From a virus (Duplodnaviria; Caudoviricetes): DNA of 53,564 nucleotides. The stretch is taken from positions 1 to 53,564 of IMG/VR virus record IMGVR_UViG_3300032893_000063, one strand, 5' to 3'. The position numbers and the translations under genes were made by a program. Under the pieces are notes generated by a model. That model searched no databases. It was not told where the DNA came from and worked only from the letters and a program-made list of their open reading frames with translations. This document shows, piece by piece, positions 10,612 to 20,890 of the stretch. Position 1 is the stretch's first letter. Every line of letters starts with the position of its first letter.

Positions 10612-11106
10612 CTAAGACGCCGTGCGATCGAAAGGAACGACGTTGTCGCGCCGTTTGCTGGGTCGAGGGGCCGCTGCCGCCGTGGGGTCCGCAAACGGGT
10701 TGGAGTCCGTCAACTCTCCCGTTCTCGGATCGGAACCTTCCAACATCTTGGGGATAACATGCATCCCCAGAGTGAAGAGCCCCACCCCCACCACAGTTTG
10801 AAGAACACCACTCAGGTTTGTCCTCCAATCCGTAGCAACTGCTCCTGCGACTTCTTCCGGCAGATGCTCAAGCCTTCTGCGATTGAGTTCGTGCCTTGCA
10901 GCTGCAAGGAGCTCGCACTCAATCTCGATGGCTGTCGCATCTTTGAAAACTTCCTTGTACTGCTCCAGAAAATCTGACTCGATTTCCCGAGCAATCTCGT
11001 AAATCTCCTTGGCTTCGACGAGCCTCTGCTCGCGCTGCCTTTGATTCTTTTCCAGACGTTCAGTCTCTTCTCTCAATGCTTTGGCGTCGTTTTTGTTGTT
11101 GCTCAT
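10612..11106 (-). CDS. Hypothetical early protein (coiled coil + TM segment)
   Basis: GGAGG RBS before the ATG at 11106 (MSNNKND); bracketed by the conserved promoter and terminator. Confidence 0.7.
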   Translation of the reverse strand: MSNNKNDAKALREETERLEKNQRQREQRLVEAKEIYEIAREIESDFLEQYKEVFKDATAIEIECELLAAARHELNRRRLEHLPEEVAGAVATDWRTNLSGVLQTVVGVGLFTLGMHVIPKMLEGSDPRTGELTDSNPFADPTAAAAPRPSKRRDNVVPFDRTAS

Positions 11107-11151
11107 ATTTGGGTCCTCCGTGAAAGCTGTAAGCAAACGACTGCCAAGAGA

Positions 11152-11159
11152 CTTATACC
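11152..11159 (-). promoter_or_regulatory. Conserved phage promoter GGTATAAG
   Basis: Identical 8-mer upstream of six - strand units. Confidence 0.75.
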
Positions 11160-11256
11160 CGAAACTCCTTTTATTTTGCTGTGCAGCATTAGAGATGCTT
11201 TTTGCGGGTGTGCGCGTAAAGTGGTATCCTTAAAGGGTAAATTAGGAGAATAGGAA

Positions 11257-12369
11257 ATGTCGCTCGTTCATCAGATCATTGATTTTGTTGACGATATTAA
11301 TCGGAGCATCCTCAAAGAAGCCGCCGCTTCTGTGCCGCCTCATCTTAAGGAAGGCAAAGTGCTCACTGCTGAAGAGCGAGAAAGACTTGAGCCCGAGCAG
11401 TTTGCTCTCGTTATGCGGACTAAGGAGGCGCAAGTCCTTAAAAAGTTTCCGGTAAACGACGAAGTTAATACCTGGCTTTCTTGCCAATATTTCAATAAAA
11501 CTGCCGAGCAACTGCCCTATGTAGCGCAGAAAGTGGCAGCAACGCACCTCAGACGAGCTTGTGCCGTCTATAATATCGAAGTGCCAGAAGTGATCGAAAA
11601 GCTTTCCTCTAACGAAGTGACAAGCAATCGCTATGATGAAGTAAAGAGCTGGGCAGAGGATCGGCTCCATTCCAAGGTGGCGAAAGTTGTCGAAATTGAG
11701 CCCGACGGAAGTTCTCACTTCTACGCCTTAGGTGATCGCTATGCGATGCCAAATCCTGAGTATGTGAAGAAGGCAGCCGCCTATTTTATTGACCATACCC
11801 GCGAGTTCTCAGACGCAGAGGACCGCGCTACATTTGCTTACCACGTAAGAGAGCGTGCCAAAGAACTGCAGGTGGCTCTCGAAAAGAAGGCAGAAGAATC
11901 TCTAAAGACTTACTCGGGGGATGCTTATGGAGATATGATCGGACCCCAACTCAAGATCCGAGAAGATCTGCTTTGGGCCAAACCAGAGATGGGGGTCGCG
12001 CTTTCTAAACTTGCTTCCCACCGAACAGGCACTGATCCAGCAACATTCTCTAAGGCTCTTTTTCTTTTTGATAAGAAAGCCGGACTGACCCGTTACTATG
12101 ACGGGCATATCGCAGATGCTTTTAAAGCCACTTTCGGAAATATGTTTAAGAAAGAGGCTTCCGGATATTCGTGGGAGGACGAATCCCTTGGACTCTCACT
12201 CAGCGAGAAAGACTTGGAAAAGGTTGCGGATCAAAAATATGAAAAGATTAAGGGCTATTTTGGGTCTTCTGTGGCGGATCAGCTTAAGAAGCATGCGGTT
12301 TCTATTTTTGAGTCCTTGCCTCGGGACGCCAAGGCAACCATCGCCAAGATTGCCAGGGGAGAAATTTAA
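11257..12369 (+). CDS. Putative head/prohead protein with KxA motifs
   Basis: AGGAG RBS; KEAA, KTAE, KVAA, KEAS motifs. Confidence 0.5.
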   Translation: MSLVHQIIDFVDDINRSILKEAAASVPPHLKEGKVLTAEERERLEPEQFALVMRTKEAQVLKKFPVNDEVNTWLSCQYFNKTAEQLPYVAQKVAATHLRRACAVYNIEVPEVIEKLSSNEVTSNRYDEVKSWAEDRLHSKVAKVVEIEPDGSSHFYALGDRYAMPNPEYVKKAAAYFIDHTREFSDAEDRATFAYHVRERAKELQVALEKKAEESLKTYSGDAYGDMIGPQLKIREDLLWAKPEMGVALSKLASHRTGTDPATFSKALFLFDKKAGLTRYYDGHIADAFKATFGNMFKKEASGYSWEDESLGLSLSEKDLEKVADQKYEKIKGYFGSSVADQLKKHAVSIFESLPRDAKATIAKIARGEI

Positions 12370-13233
12370 TTGAGCAATGGAAGATTCCAGCCTCCTCACG
12401 CCAAAAGAGAAGAGGGACTGCAACAAGTCAGGACTAGTTTAAAACTCCTGAAAACTACGGGTCAGGTGGTGGGGAGCCTCTCTGCCAAGAACCCTGAAAA
12501 AGCAGCTGCTCAGCTTGTAATGGCTGGGCTTAAGATGGCTGAGGTCAATGTTTTCTATAATCCCACAGCAAATCCTCTTAAACTTTTGGATGAGTTAAAA
12601 AAGCTTGGGATAGGGGCTTTAGCCTGGACTCCGGAAACCCTGATGTCCGCAATTGACAGAAAGTTTGGCGGGTGGAGTGAGGATCAAATCGCAGACGCTT
12701 TAGAGCATTTCCACAAGACTGGGACGCTAAAGACAGGAGTGCCGCAGCTTGTACGAGAAAAACTCTATGCTTTGCGAGTGATCTCAACGTCCAACTCAGC
12801 TCAAACTGAGTGGCATATTTTTGAGAAGATCGGCGGGGCATTTAACGACCGAATCGCACAGTTCGGAACGGTAGAGCCCCTGAATGCGGCGGAGTGCGCA
12901 AGAACGGTTGCAATTATTGAAGCAGTCCGACCCGACACCTATGAGAACGAGATCAAGGTGTACATTGCAGCGAGCTGCCATACCGATGGCCTATACACTG
13001 CTGATCCGGTAAAATGGATTCGAATGGCGGAACCCTACCTTCAGCAGATGAATTTCGAAGCGACAGGGGAACAGCTAGACCTCAACATCAGGACTCAGAT
13101 CGATTCGAGATTGACGAGCTATCGCCTGGAGAAGAAAAATCTGAGGGAAGTCCCAGATGATCTAATCTCGGTGCAAGCATCCAAGCTTTTGGCTATTGAT
13201 GAGTACGCCAAAGAAGTTCTTGAAGAGCCCTAA
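12370..13233 (+). CDS. Hypothetical protein (virion module)
   Basis: 287-aa ORF abutting the previous gene. Confidence 0.55.
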   Translation: MSNGRFQPPHAKREEGLQQVRTSLKLLKTTGQVVGSLSAKNPEKAAAQLVMAGLKMAEVNVFYNPTANPLKLLDELKKLGIGALAWTPETLMSAIDRKFGGWSEDQIADALEHFHKTGTLKTGVPQLVREKLYALRVISTSNSAQTEWHIFEKIGGAFNDRIAQFGTVEPLNAAECARTVAIIEAVRPDTYENEIKVYIAASCHTDGLYTADPVKWIRMAEPYLQQMNFEATGEQLDLNIRTQIDSRLTSYRLEKKNLREVPDDLISVQASKLLAIDEYAKEVLEEP

Positions 13234-13242
13234 GGAGAACTC

Positions 13243-16200
13243 ATGCGAAAGTGGATTTCAATCGCAGCCTTGATCTTGAGCCTGAGCTCTGCCCAAGCCG
13301 ATACCCCGCCAGCACGCGCAATCAACGCAGAAACATACGATGCTGCCGGTAACGCTATTACGAGCACTGTGAATGGCGCGAAGCGCGGGCTAGACACCTA
13401 CAATGTTAATCCCGCCTCAGCGCCGGTAAATACCCAGATCATTTGGAGCGGCTCCCCTATTGATCCGAGACAGGTCAACGCGATACAGGCAGGAACCTGG
13501 ACCATCAACTCACACACTCAGGATAGTGGCGGGGCCAACATCACCTCCACCATTTCGGGGGGCCACACCGGGCTTGACGTGAATGTTATTACAACGTCTC
13601 CTGTTTCTGGAATAGTGACCGCCAACCAGGGAACTCCGAATGTCTATACTGCTCCTTGGTTTGTCGAGCTTTCCGATGGGGCTCGTGTAGCTAATATCAC
13701 TGCAGCGCACGCCCTGACCGTAGACGGAAGCGCCGTTGTCCAGCCCGTATCCCAATCGGGAACCTGGAATATCAACGCGCTACAGTCTGGTGTGTGGTCT
13801 GTTGGCAGAACATGGACACTTTCTAGTGGAACGGATTCAGTCAGTGCTGTGCAGTCTGGGGATTGGAGTACACGAACGCTGGATGGTACTGGGACTGGAA
13901 TCACGAGCACCCTCATCTCAGGGGGACATCAGGCGCTCGATGTAAACGCCGTAGGTATTGGTACGACAACTATTACCGACTTAACGTCAACTGGGTCAAT
14001 TACTACCACGTGCGCTACGCCAACTTCGGCGTGCCCTGCTGGTTCTTTCATTGCCCTACCTATTAGCGGTGTCTCTGCAGCCCAGGTCGAAGTGAGTGGT
14101 ACTTTCACGGGGGCTTCGTTAAATGTAGACGGAACTGTTGATGGAACAACCTGGGTTGCACTTTTGACAACTACAGGCCCGGCTGGGGCATATACTCAGA
14201 ACTCATTTTCGACAGTCGCAAAGTATCGCGTCTACCGCGTAGCAGCCTTAACCCAACTTCGCGTAAGAGCTTCGGCGCTTACGAGTGGAAGCGTGGCAAT
14301 CAAGATTAACGCATCTAACGGAACGTCAATTGCGGAGCCAGTTCAAACTAACCCGGCAAATTTGAATTCAACCTCGTGGACAGCTGATGGTTCTGGGAAC
14401 TACATTACTTCCCAAGTTTCTGGGGCACAAAGAGCGCTGGATGTTGGAATAGACGTTGCAGGTGTTCAAGTAGATCCAAGAACTCGCACATGGAATCTCT
14501 CTTCTGGCGCGGATTCGATTGCGTCTGTGCAGTCTGGAACTTGGACTGTGCAACAAGGCGGGACGTGGACAGTGCAGCAGGGATCTCCCCCGTGGTCAGT
14601 TTCTCAATCCGGCACTTGGAATATCAACAATGTCTCAGGAACAGTGAGTCTACCCACCAATGCTGCACAAGAAACGGGCGGACATCTTGCTTCGGTCGAC
14701 AGTAAGCTAGGAACCCTTGGACAAAAGACCATGGCTGGGTCCGCTCCAGTTGTAATCGCATCGGATCAGAGCGCAATCCCAGCTTCTCAGAGCGGGTCCT
14801 GGACTGTCGCTGCCACACAAAGTGGTGCTTGGGCTGTGGGACAATCAGGAAGTTGGACAGTCACAGCAAATGCCGGAACAGGAACTTTCACAACTTCTGA
14901 TTTAGCTGATGGTTCAGTTGGTGCCGGTACTGCCGGAACAAAATCGATTCTTGCAGGAGTTATCTTTAACACCGTCCTGCCCACACTCACGAACGGACAA
15001 CAAGCAGCTCTCCAAGCAGACTCTAGCGGAAGACTCCTCGTTGGCTCTATTGCTTCTGCTCTTCCGACGGGTTCAAATACTATTGGATCTGTGAACCAAG
15101 CGGGTGCTCCGTGGTCGGAGAACATCACCCAAATTGGTGGGTCGGCATTGGCACTCGGACAGGCCACCATGGCGAGTTCCGTCCCGGTCGTGATTGCATC
15201 CAACCAAAGCGCGGTGTCTGTTGCGCAAAACGGAACATGGACGACAGGTCGTACTTGGACTCTATCAAGCGGAACCGACTCCGTGGCGGCAACTCAAAGC
15301 GGTTCTTGGACGGTAGGACAAAGCGGAGCCTGGATCGTCAAGGCGCAACTTCAAGACAACGCTGGCACAGGTATTACGTTAGGCCAAAAGACAATGGCAA
15401 ACTCTGTTCCGGTGGTTATTTCGTCTGACCAGGCGGCAGTTCCAGCCTCCCAGTCTGGATCGTGGACCGTCACCGCTAATGCTGGAACGGGTACATTTAC
15501 CACATCCGATCTTGCTGATGGCTCAGTTGGTGCTGGCACTGCTGGAACTCGTTCTCTTCTTGGGGGTGCCGTGTTCAATACATCCCTTCCCACACTTACC
15601 AACGGTCAGCAAGCAGCCCTTCAATCGGATTCTAGCGGTCGGTTAATTATCCGCCCACTGCTTAGCGCAACGGATACAGTAAATGCGGTCCAAAGTGGTA
15701 CCTGGACAGTTGCTCAAGGGACGGCGGCATCTCTTTCCGGTTACTGGCCCGTTCGCGTAACAGATGGTACAAATACGATGCCCACTATGGATGTCGTGGG
15801 TCGAGCCGGATTTCAGAAGATTACAGACGGAACCAATACGGCTGCAGTAAAAGCCGCCTCTACAGCCGCCGTGGCCACCGATCCCGCACTTGTGGTTGCG
15901 ATTTCTCCAAATAACACAGTAGCGGTTACACAATCTGGAACCTGGACAACTGCCCGCTCTTGGACATTATCGAGTGGGACTGACTCCGTGACAGCCGTAC
16001 AGTCTGGAACCTGGGCGCAAAACCTCACTCAGGTCGGAGGATCTTCTGTGACGCTTGGGCAAAAGACCATGGCAAACTCTATTCCTACCGCTAAAGCGTC
16101 CGACCAGACTCAAGATGTAGGAAGAAATACGTTTGCTAACTTTAGAAACGTCAACTCCACGACTAACATCACAACCTCTGCTTTCGTCACGGCTGTCACC

Positions 16201-16434
16201 TCGACAAGTAAGCAGATCAACACTTTTGATTATTACGATACCTCTGGACAGGAAATGCTTGTCTGTTATGCCGCAACTTGCGGAGCTCTAGCAAGTGGCC
16301 AGACTTGTAAGTATCTGCCGGGCTACGGAAGTGGAAATACGGACTGGAACGTCCCGTCTGGTCAGTGCATAGGCGTTGAAGCAGTCAGTGCAAACGCAAC
16401 CGTGGGAGTAACGGTATTTAACTTCAACAATTAA
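13243..16434 (+). CDS. Repetitive fibre-like protein (QSGxW repeats) with signal peptide
   Basis: Many QSG(T/S/A)W units, repeated GQKTMAxSxPVVIxSDQ, N-terminal ...LSLSSAQA. Confidence 0.7.
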   Translation: MRKWISIAALILSLSSAQADTPPARAINAETYDAAGNAITSTVNGAKRGLDTYNVNPASAPVNTQIIWSGSPIDPRQVNAIQAGTWTINSHTQDSGGANITSTISGGHTGLDVNVITTSPVSGIVTANQGTPNVYTAPWFVELSDGARVANITAAHALTVDGSAVVQPVSQSGTWNINALQSGVWSVGRTWTLSSGTDSVSAVQSGDWSTRTLDGTGTGITSTLISGGHQALDVNAVGIGTTTITDLTSTGSITTTCATPTSACPAGSFIALPISGVSAAQVEVSGTFTGASLNVDGTVDGTTWVALLTTTGPAGAYTQNSFSTVAKYRVYRVAALTQLRVRASALTSGSVAIKINASNGTSIAEPVQTNPANLNSTSWTADGSGNYITSQVSGAQRALDVGIDVAGVQVDPRTRTWNLSSGADSIASVQSGTWTVQQGGTWTVQQGSPPWSVSQSGTWNINNVSGTVSLPTNAAQETGGHLASVDSKLGTLGQKTMAGSAPVVIASDQSAIPASQSGSWTVAATQSGAWAVGQSGSWTVTANAGTGTFTTSDLADGSVGAGTAGTKSILAGVIFNTVLPTLTNGQQAALQADSSGRLLVGSIASALPTGSNTIGSVNQAGAPWSENITQIGGSALALGQATMASSVPVVIASNQSAVSVAQNGTWTTGRTWTLSSGTDSVAATQSGSWTVGQSGAWIVKAQLQDNAGTGITLGQKTMANSVPVVISSDQAAVPASQSGSWTVTANAGTGTFTTSDLADGSVGAGTAGTRSLLGGAVFNTSLPTLTNGQQAALQSDSSGRLIIRPLLSATDTVNAVQSGTWTVAQGTAASLSGYWPVRVTDGTNTMPTMDVVGRAGFQKITDGTNTAAVKAASTAAVATDPALVVAISPNNTVAVTQSGTWTTARSWTLSSGTDSVTAVQSGTWAQNLTQVGGSSVTLGQKTMANSIPTAKASDQTQDVGRNTFANFRNVNSTTNITTSAFVTAVTSTSKQINTFDYYDTSGQEMLVCYAATCGALASGQTCKYLPGYGSGNTDWNVPSGQCIGVEAVSANATVGVTVFNFNN
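14842..15646 (+). repeat. Internal ~65-codon duplication (about 14842-15037 and 15451-15646)
   Basis: QSGSWTVTANAGTGTFTTSDLADGSVGAGTAGT...LPTLTNGQQAALQxDSSGRL occurs twice. Confidence 0.8.
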
Positions 16435-16435
16435 T

Positions 16436-16894
16436 ATGATGCTACTGCTGATGGCTTTTCTTATTAATGCAGCGTGGGCTAATCCGGGGGCGGAAGGTAT
16501 CTACACCTATGCCTTTGGCGCTTATAATGAAGCCACAGCTACTGGCGCAACCACCACAACCTCCGGTACCGACGGTGTGATGAACAGCATGACGATTACC
16601 CCTCCAGCAGGGACCTACATCGTCATTTTTTCGACGTGGTGTTCCCACAGCACAAATGGAGCTACAGTCACTATCAGCATCTACAATAATGGAACGCAAG
16701 ACACAGGCTCCTTAGTTACGATCTTGCCAAGGGTCACCTCTAGCGCTGGAACTCCCGCTACCTTTGATCTTCCTGTAGGAATCATAAGCGTAGAGGTAGC
16801 GACGGGTTCCGACGCAATTGCAATCGAATGGAGCACAAGTTCGGGTACCGCAACTTGCACTAACAGAACCTTAGATTTAGTGAGGCTACAGTGA
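16436..16894 (+). CDS. Small beta-sandwich protein with signal peptide (paralogue 1)
   Basis: Near-identical motifs to 16891..17340 (MTITPxAGxY, TATCTNRTLDL). Confidence 0.7.
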   Translation: MMLLLMAFLINAAWANPGAEGIYTYAFGAYNEATATGATTTTSGTDGVMNSMTITPPAGTYIVIFSTWCSHSTNGATVTISIYNNGTQDTGSLVTILPRVTSSAGTPATFDLPVGIISVEVATGSDAIAIEWSTSSGTATCTNRTLDLVRLQ

Positions 16895-17340
16895 GGTTCT
16901 TCATTCTTACACTCCTACTGATAAGTCAATCCGCTGGGGCCGCCATTCGAGCCAATCCTCAGGGTATTTCTTACGAGGCTTCCGCGACTGCGGCGACCAC
17001 CACAACTTCCGGCACTAACTCAGTAATGAGCGGGATGACCATCACTCCAGCCGCAGGAAATTACCTCGTTTTGTTTTCTGGGTGGTGTACGCATAACAGT
17101 AACGGAGATACGATCACTATCAGCATTTTTAACAACGGGTCTCAGGTGACAGCCAGTATTCGAACTATACTTCCTAGGATCACCTCTAGTTTCGGAACCC
17201 CGGCGGCTTCAGACATGGCTGTAATGACTAACGGCGTAGTTACTGCAACAGGAAGCGGGGCTGTAACAATTGACTGGAGCACTACCGGTGCCACAGCCAC
17301 CTGTACCAATAGAACGCTAGACCTAATTCGGTTGAAGTGA
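16891..17340 (+). CDS. Small beta-sandwich protein with signal peptide (paralogue 2)
   Basis: Tandem paralogue; GTGA start/stop overlap. Confidence 0.7.
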   Translation: MRFFILTLLLISQSAGAAIRANPQGISYEASATAATTTTSGTNSVMSGMTITPAAGNYLVLFSGWCTHNSNGDTITISIFNNGSQVTASIRTILPRITSSFGTPAASDMAVMTNGVVTATGSGAVTIDWSTTGATATCTNRTLDLIRLK

Positions 17341-17346
17341 GGAAAT

Positions 17347-18117
17347 ATGCTAGTTAGCTGGACCACACTCAAATCTTTTGCCACAGATCGAAATATCGCC
17401 TCGCTCCAATATGTGCAGGCAAACGGCAAGTATGTCATCACCGCGATCGATAGTTCGTTCCAGGTGACTTGCAATATTCCCATCTCCACCCCGCCTGGCG
17501 CAGATCAGTCAGACTTTGAAGAAAATTATCTTCCAAATGCAAATCAGACACCGAAGATTGAGGTTGTTACCCAGTACGAACTCAATAACAAAACCTTGAG
17601 GTGCCTCTGTGCATTTAACACCACGAACTCAAATGGAACTGCCATTTTTGCGATCCCTATTCCTGGGGAAGGGCGGTGGGTCGCCTACGGAGATGCAGAA
17701 TTTGAGGTCAGGCACATGGGGGACTACGTTTCTAAAGTTGAGGTGAGAGACCTCGACCGAGAGATTGCCTGGGGGCTCGCTTTGGCGCAAGATCCCAATG
17801 CCCAAGCTCCGCTGGATGATTCGGTGGTCATTTCGCTAGGCGATCAAGTTCCCGGCGGTCCTTTTCCTCTTTATCCGATCGTTAATCACTACGATGAAAA
17901 AGAACTCCCAAACCCGCTTCCAGAGAATGCTATCGGAGATATTAAAGGTGGAATGTCCATGACTTTCCAATACGGAAACACAGAGGTGCAGCCCGTGGGA
18001 GGTTATGGCTTCATCCCAGGCGGATTATATCTTTACATTGAAGTCCAAAAAGCTGCCGGACATACGGCAGCAGGACAAATGTGCGCGGTGTCGGTTGATC
18101 TCGCGGAGAATGACTAA
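17347..18117 (+). CDS. Hypothetical virion protein
   Basis: 256-aa ORF in a tightly coupled operon. Confidence 0.55.
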   Translation: MLVSWTTLKSFATDRNIASLQYVQANGKYVITAIDSSFQVTCNIPISTPPGADQSDFEENYLPNANQTPKIEVVTQYELNNKTLRCLCAFNTTNSNGTAIFAIPIPGEGRWVAYGDAEFEVRHMGDYVSKVEVRDLDREIAWGLALAQDPNAQAPLDDSVVISLGDQVPGGPFPLYPIVNHYDEKELPNPLPENAIGDIKGGMSMTFQYGNTEVQPVGGYGFIPGGLYLYIEVQKAAGHTAAGQMCAVSVDLAEND

Positions 18118-18665
18118 TGGATTTCCTACCAGGCGATGTTGCTTTTGTCATGCACTGGGATAACTGGATGAGTAAAGCCATTTCGTGGTTTACTCAAATC
18201 CCGGGGCTGCCCAGGTTCTCTCATACAGTTCTTATCGTCGAGTCTGCGCCGGATCGGACGTACACTTCAGAAACTTCTGATTACGAGTCAACCATCGGAT
18301 GGATTGAGCGCTACACGACTGATCCCAATGTTTATATGGAAGTGTGGAGACTCCCAGACATGACGGACGGGGAAAGGGCTACTGCGGTTATGCGGGGGCT
18401 TTCCCAGCAGGAAACAGTCTACCCCTATTGGCAACTTCTATCCTTAGCTATCCGTGGAATTTTAAAGAAGATCGGGATTCATATTGGGAACATCCTTCCC
18501 TGGGGTTATGATTGTAATGAACATGTCCACTACTCCTTGTTAAAGACACATTACCCAGAACTAGCGAATACGGAACCCCATTCCCTAGACAATCTGGATT
18601 TTTATAAACTTTATACAGGGATTAGCGGAGCTCAAAAGATTTACACTAAACAGGTGGGTCAATGA
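18117..18665 (+). CDS. Permuted papain-like (YiiX/YebB-type NlpC/P60) hydrolase
   Basis: PGDV, FSHTVL (catalytic His), YPYWQL, YDCNEHV (catalytic Cys) in permuted order. Confidence 0.7.
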   Translation: MDFLPGDVAFVMHWDNWMSKAISWFTQIPGLPRFSHTVLIVESAPDRTYTSETSDYESTIGWIERYTTDPNVYMEVWRLPDMTDGERATAVMRGLSQQETVYPYWQLLSLAIRGILKKIGIHIGNILPWGYDCNEHVHYSLLKTHYPELANTEPHSLDNLDFYKLYTGISGAQKIYTKQVGQ

Positions 18666-20890
18666 TTCCAGTTCTAGCGGGGACAAGCCTGGCTTTCGAA
18701 TATACCGCCTACGACGGAACGGCTACGTTGAGCGTCGCGATGAAAATCTACGACGTTACGACGGGTTCCCCATCTTTCGTGAACACGATTGCCATGACCC
18801 ACATGATTAATGGCACCTATGTGGGCTACTTCACCCCTCTTGCCGGTAAAATCTACGCCATCAACAAAATGGTCTATACGGACGGCACATTCGCTACACC
18901 ATCATCCCTGTACAGCCCGGGAAGCGAAACCATTCAGGCATCCACCGAGCAGACTCAAATTACGGCGATTCAGGGCACCCTGACCACAATGAGTGGGCAG
19001 CTCACCTCAGTACAGGGAGATACGAGCACTCTCGTTTCAAGACTTACTGCTGGGAGAGCTTCTAATCTGGATAATCTGGATGCAACAGTTAGCTCCAGAG
19101 CTACACAAGCTTCTGTGGACGCCATCCAGAATAATACAAACTTTGTGGGGATCGTTCCTGCCACCCTCCTCATTCCGGACACTGGAAGCACCCTTTATGT
19201 TTTCTATGCCAATCTCTATGACGAAGTGGGAAGCCCGGTTGATCCTGACGGGGGAATTCTACAGGTAACTATCACAACCGCAGGCGGAGGTATCGTTGTT
19301 CCTACCACGCCGATGACCCACGATGGACTTGGGCGCTATCATTTTAACTATTCCGTTACTTCCATCGATACACCACAACCGCTGACGGTTATCTTCACCT
19401 ACTCTTATTTGAGCGTTCCTTTTACACAACTGAGAGTAACGCAAACAAGCGAATACCAGAGCAGCCTCGATACTCTTCTTAGCCGACTCACTGCAACCAG
19501 GGCAGCGAATTTGGATAACCTAGATACGACAATCTCTTCTAGAGCAAGCGCTGCGGCGATCTCAGCCATCCAGGCAGTTCTTAATCAATTTCACTTTAAC
19601 GGGAATAATGTCCTTGCTGAGACCGTCATTAATGACGATAAATCAGGCTACTCACTCAGCCCAGGATTCGTTGCTACGATCGTAAGCGCCGTGTGGGACG
19701 AGCTTCTTTCCAGCCACACTCTTGCTGGAACAATGGGATACGCCCAGAATCTTCTTGGCGGTATCTCATCGAATGTTCTTTCTCTTCGCTCTGACTATAC
19801 GACTGTAAGAGCTGCTAAGCTCGACAACCTCGATGCGGCGGTATCGACTCGTGCGGATTTCGCCAGCGTTTCGGCTGTCGGTACCCAGGTATCTAACGTC
19901 CAGACGAGCGTTAACAACGTCAACAGCAAGCTTGGCACTCCCGTGGGTGCGTCGGTTTCAGCAGATATAGCCGCAGTCAAAGCAGACACGTCGGCAATCA
20001 ATGCCAAAACCACCAACCTACCAAGCGACCCCGCAAGCGAATCAGCAGTCGAAGCGGCCATCGCTGCGGCAACAGGTTCTCTGCCAACGATTGGTGTTGA
20101 AGTCGCTGCAATTAAGGCGAAGACAGATAATCTTCCTGTCGATCCGGCAAGTGAAAGCTCAGTGGTGGCAATCCCGACCAACCCGCTCCTTACCACCGAC
20201 ACAAGGCTTAACCACCTGGATGCCAATATCTCTAGTCGAGCAACTCCAGCCGATCTGTCCCCGCTCTCAACGGCTTCCCAGGTCTCTGCTTCGACCTCGG
20301 CAATTCTCACGGCTATTGCAGGGGTAGACGCAGATTTGGCCCCTCTGGCTACCACTGCTCAACTTACAGCGGCCACGGCTCCACTGGCTCAACAAAGCAC
20401 TCTCCTCAACGTCGAAAGCGAAGTGCTGGCGATCTCTGGATCTCAAATCACACCTGCTGATGTCTGGACATATACCCCAAGAAGTCTTGATGTGCCGGTC
20501 GATACAACAATTGACCTTACACCAATCGCCAAGACCACGGACGTCACTACAGCAGAAGCCAATATCATTTCCGCAATTCCACAATTCGACTGTCAGATGG
20601 CTACGGCAATTGATCCGGCTACCGACACGATCACATTCCAGGTTTGGCTGGAGCAGGCAAACAGCGTGGTTATCAGCCCACAGACTGCCGAAATCAACGT
20701 CTACAACAGCGCGGGCAACCCTGTAATTTCCGGATTGACGTCGTCTTCTCCTTCTTCAGTGGGCGTATTTACCCTAAGCCAAATCAATGCAAGCAACACT
20801 TTGGCAGCAAACCAAGCTTATACGGTAACAGTGACAATCACCCAGGGAGTTAACACTTACGAAACTACGAAGGCGTTTACGGTGTTCTAA
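18662..20890 (+). CDS. Long structural protein with helical repeats
   Basis: Repeats RAxxLDNLDxxxSSRA and KTxNLPxDPASES. Confidence 0.6.
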   Translation: MIPVLAGTSLAFEYTAYDGTATLSVAMKIYDVTTGSPSFVNTIAMTHMINGTYVGYFTPLAGKIYAINKMVYTDGTFATPSSLYSPGSETIQASTEQTQITAIQGTLTTMSGQLTSVQGDTSTLVSRLTAGRASNLDNLDATVSSRATQASVDAIQNNTNFVGIVPATLLIPDTGSTLYVFYANLYDEVGSPVDPDGGILQVTITTAGGGIVVPTTPMTHDGLGRYHFNYSVTSIDTPQPLTVIFTYSYLSVPFTQLRVTQTSEYQSSLDTLLSRLTATRAANLDNLDTTISSRASAAAISAIQAVLNQFHFNGNNVLAETVINDDKSGYSLSPGFVATIVSAVWDELLSSHTLAGTMGYAQNLLGGISSNVLSLRSDYTTVRAAKLDNLDAAVSTRADFASVSAVGTQVSNVQTSVNNVNSKLGTPVGASVSADIAAVKADTSAINAKTTNLPSDPASESAVEAAIAAATGSLPTIGVEVAAIKAKTDNLPVDPASESSVVAIPTNPLLTTDTRLNHLDANISSRATPADLSPLSTASQVSASTSAILTAIAGVDADLAPLATTAQLTAATAPLAQQSTLLNVESEVLAISGSQITPADVWTYTPRSLDVPVDTTIDLTPIAKTTDVTTAEANIISAIPQFDCQMATAIDPATDTITFQVWLEQANSVVISPQTAEINVYNSAGNPVISGLTSSSPSSVGVFTLSQINASNTLAANQAYTVTVTITQGVNTYETTKAFTVF

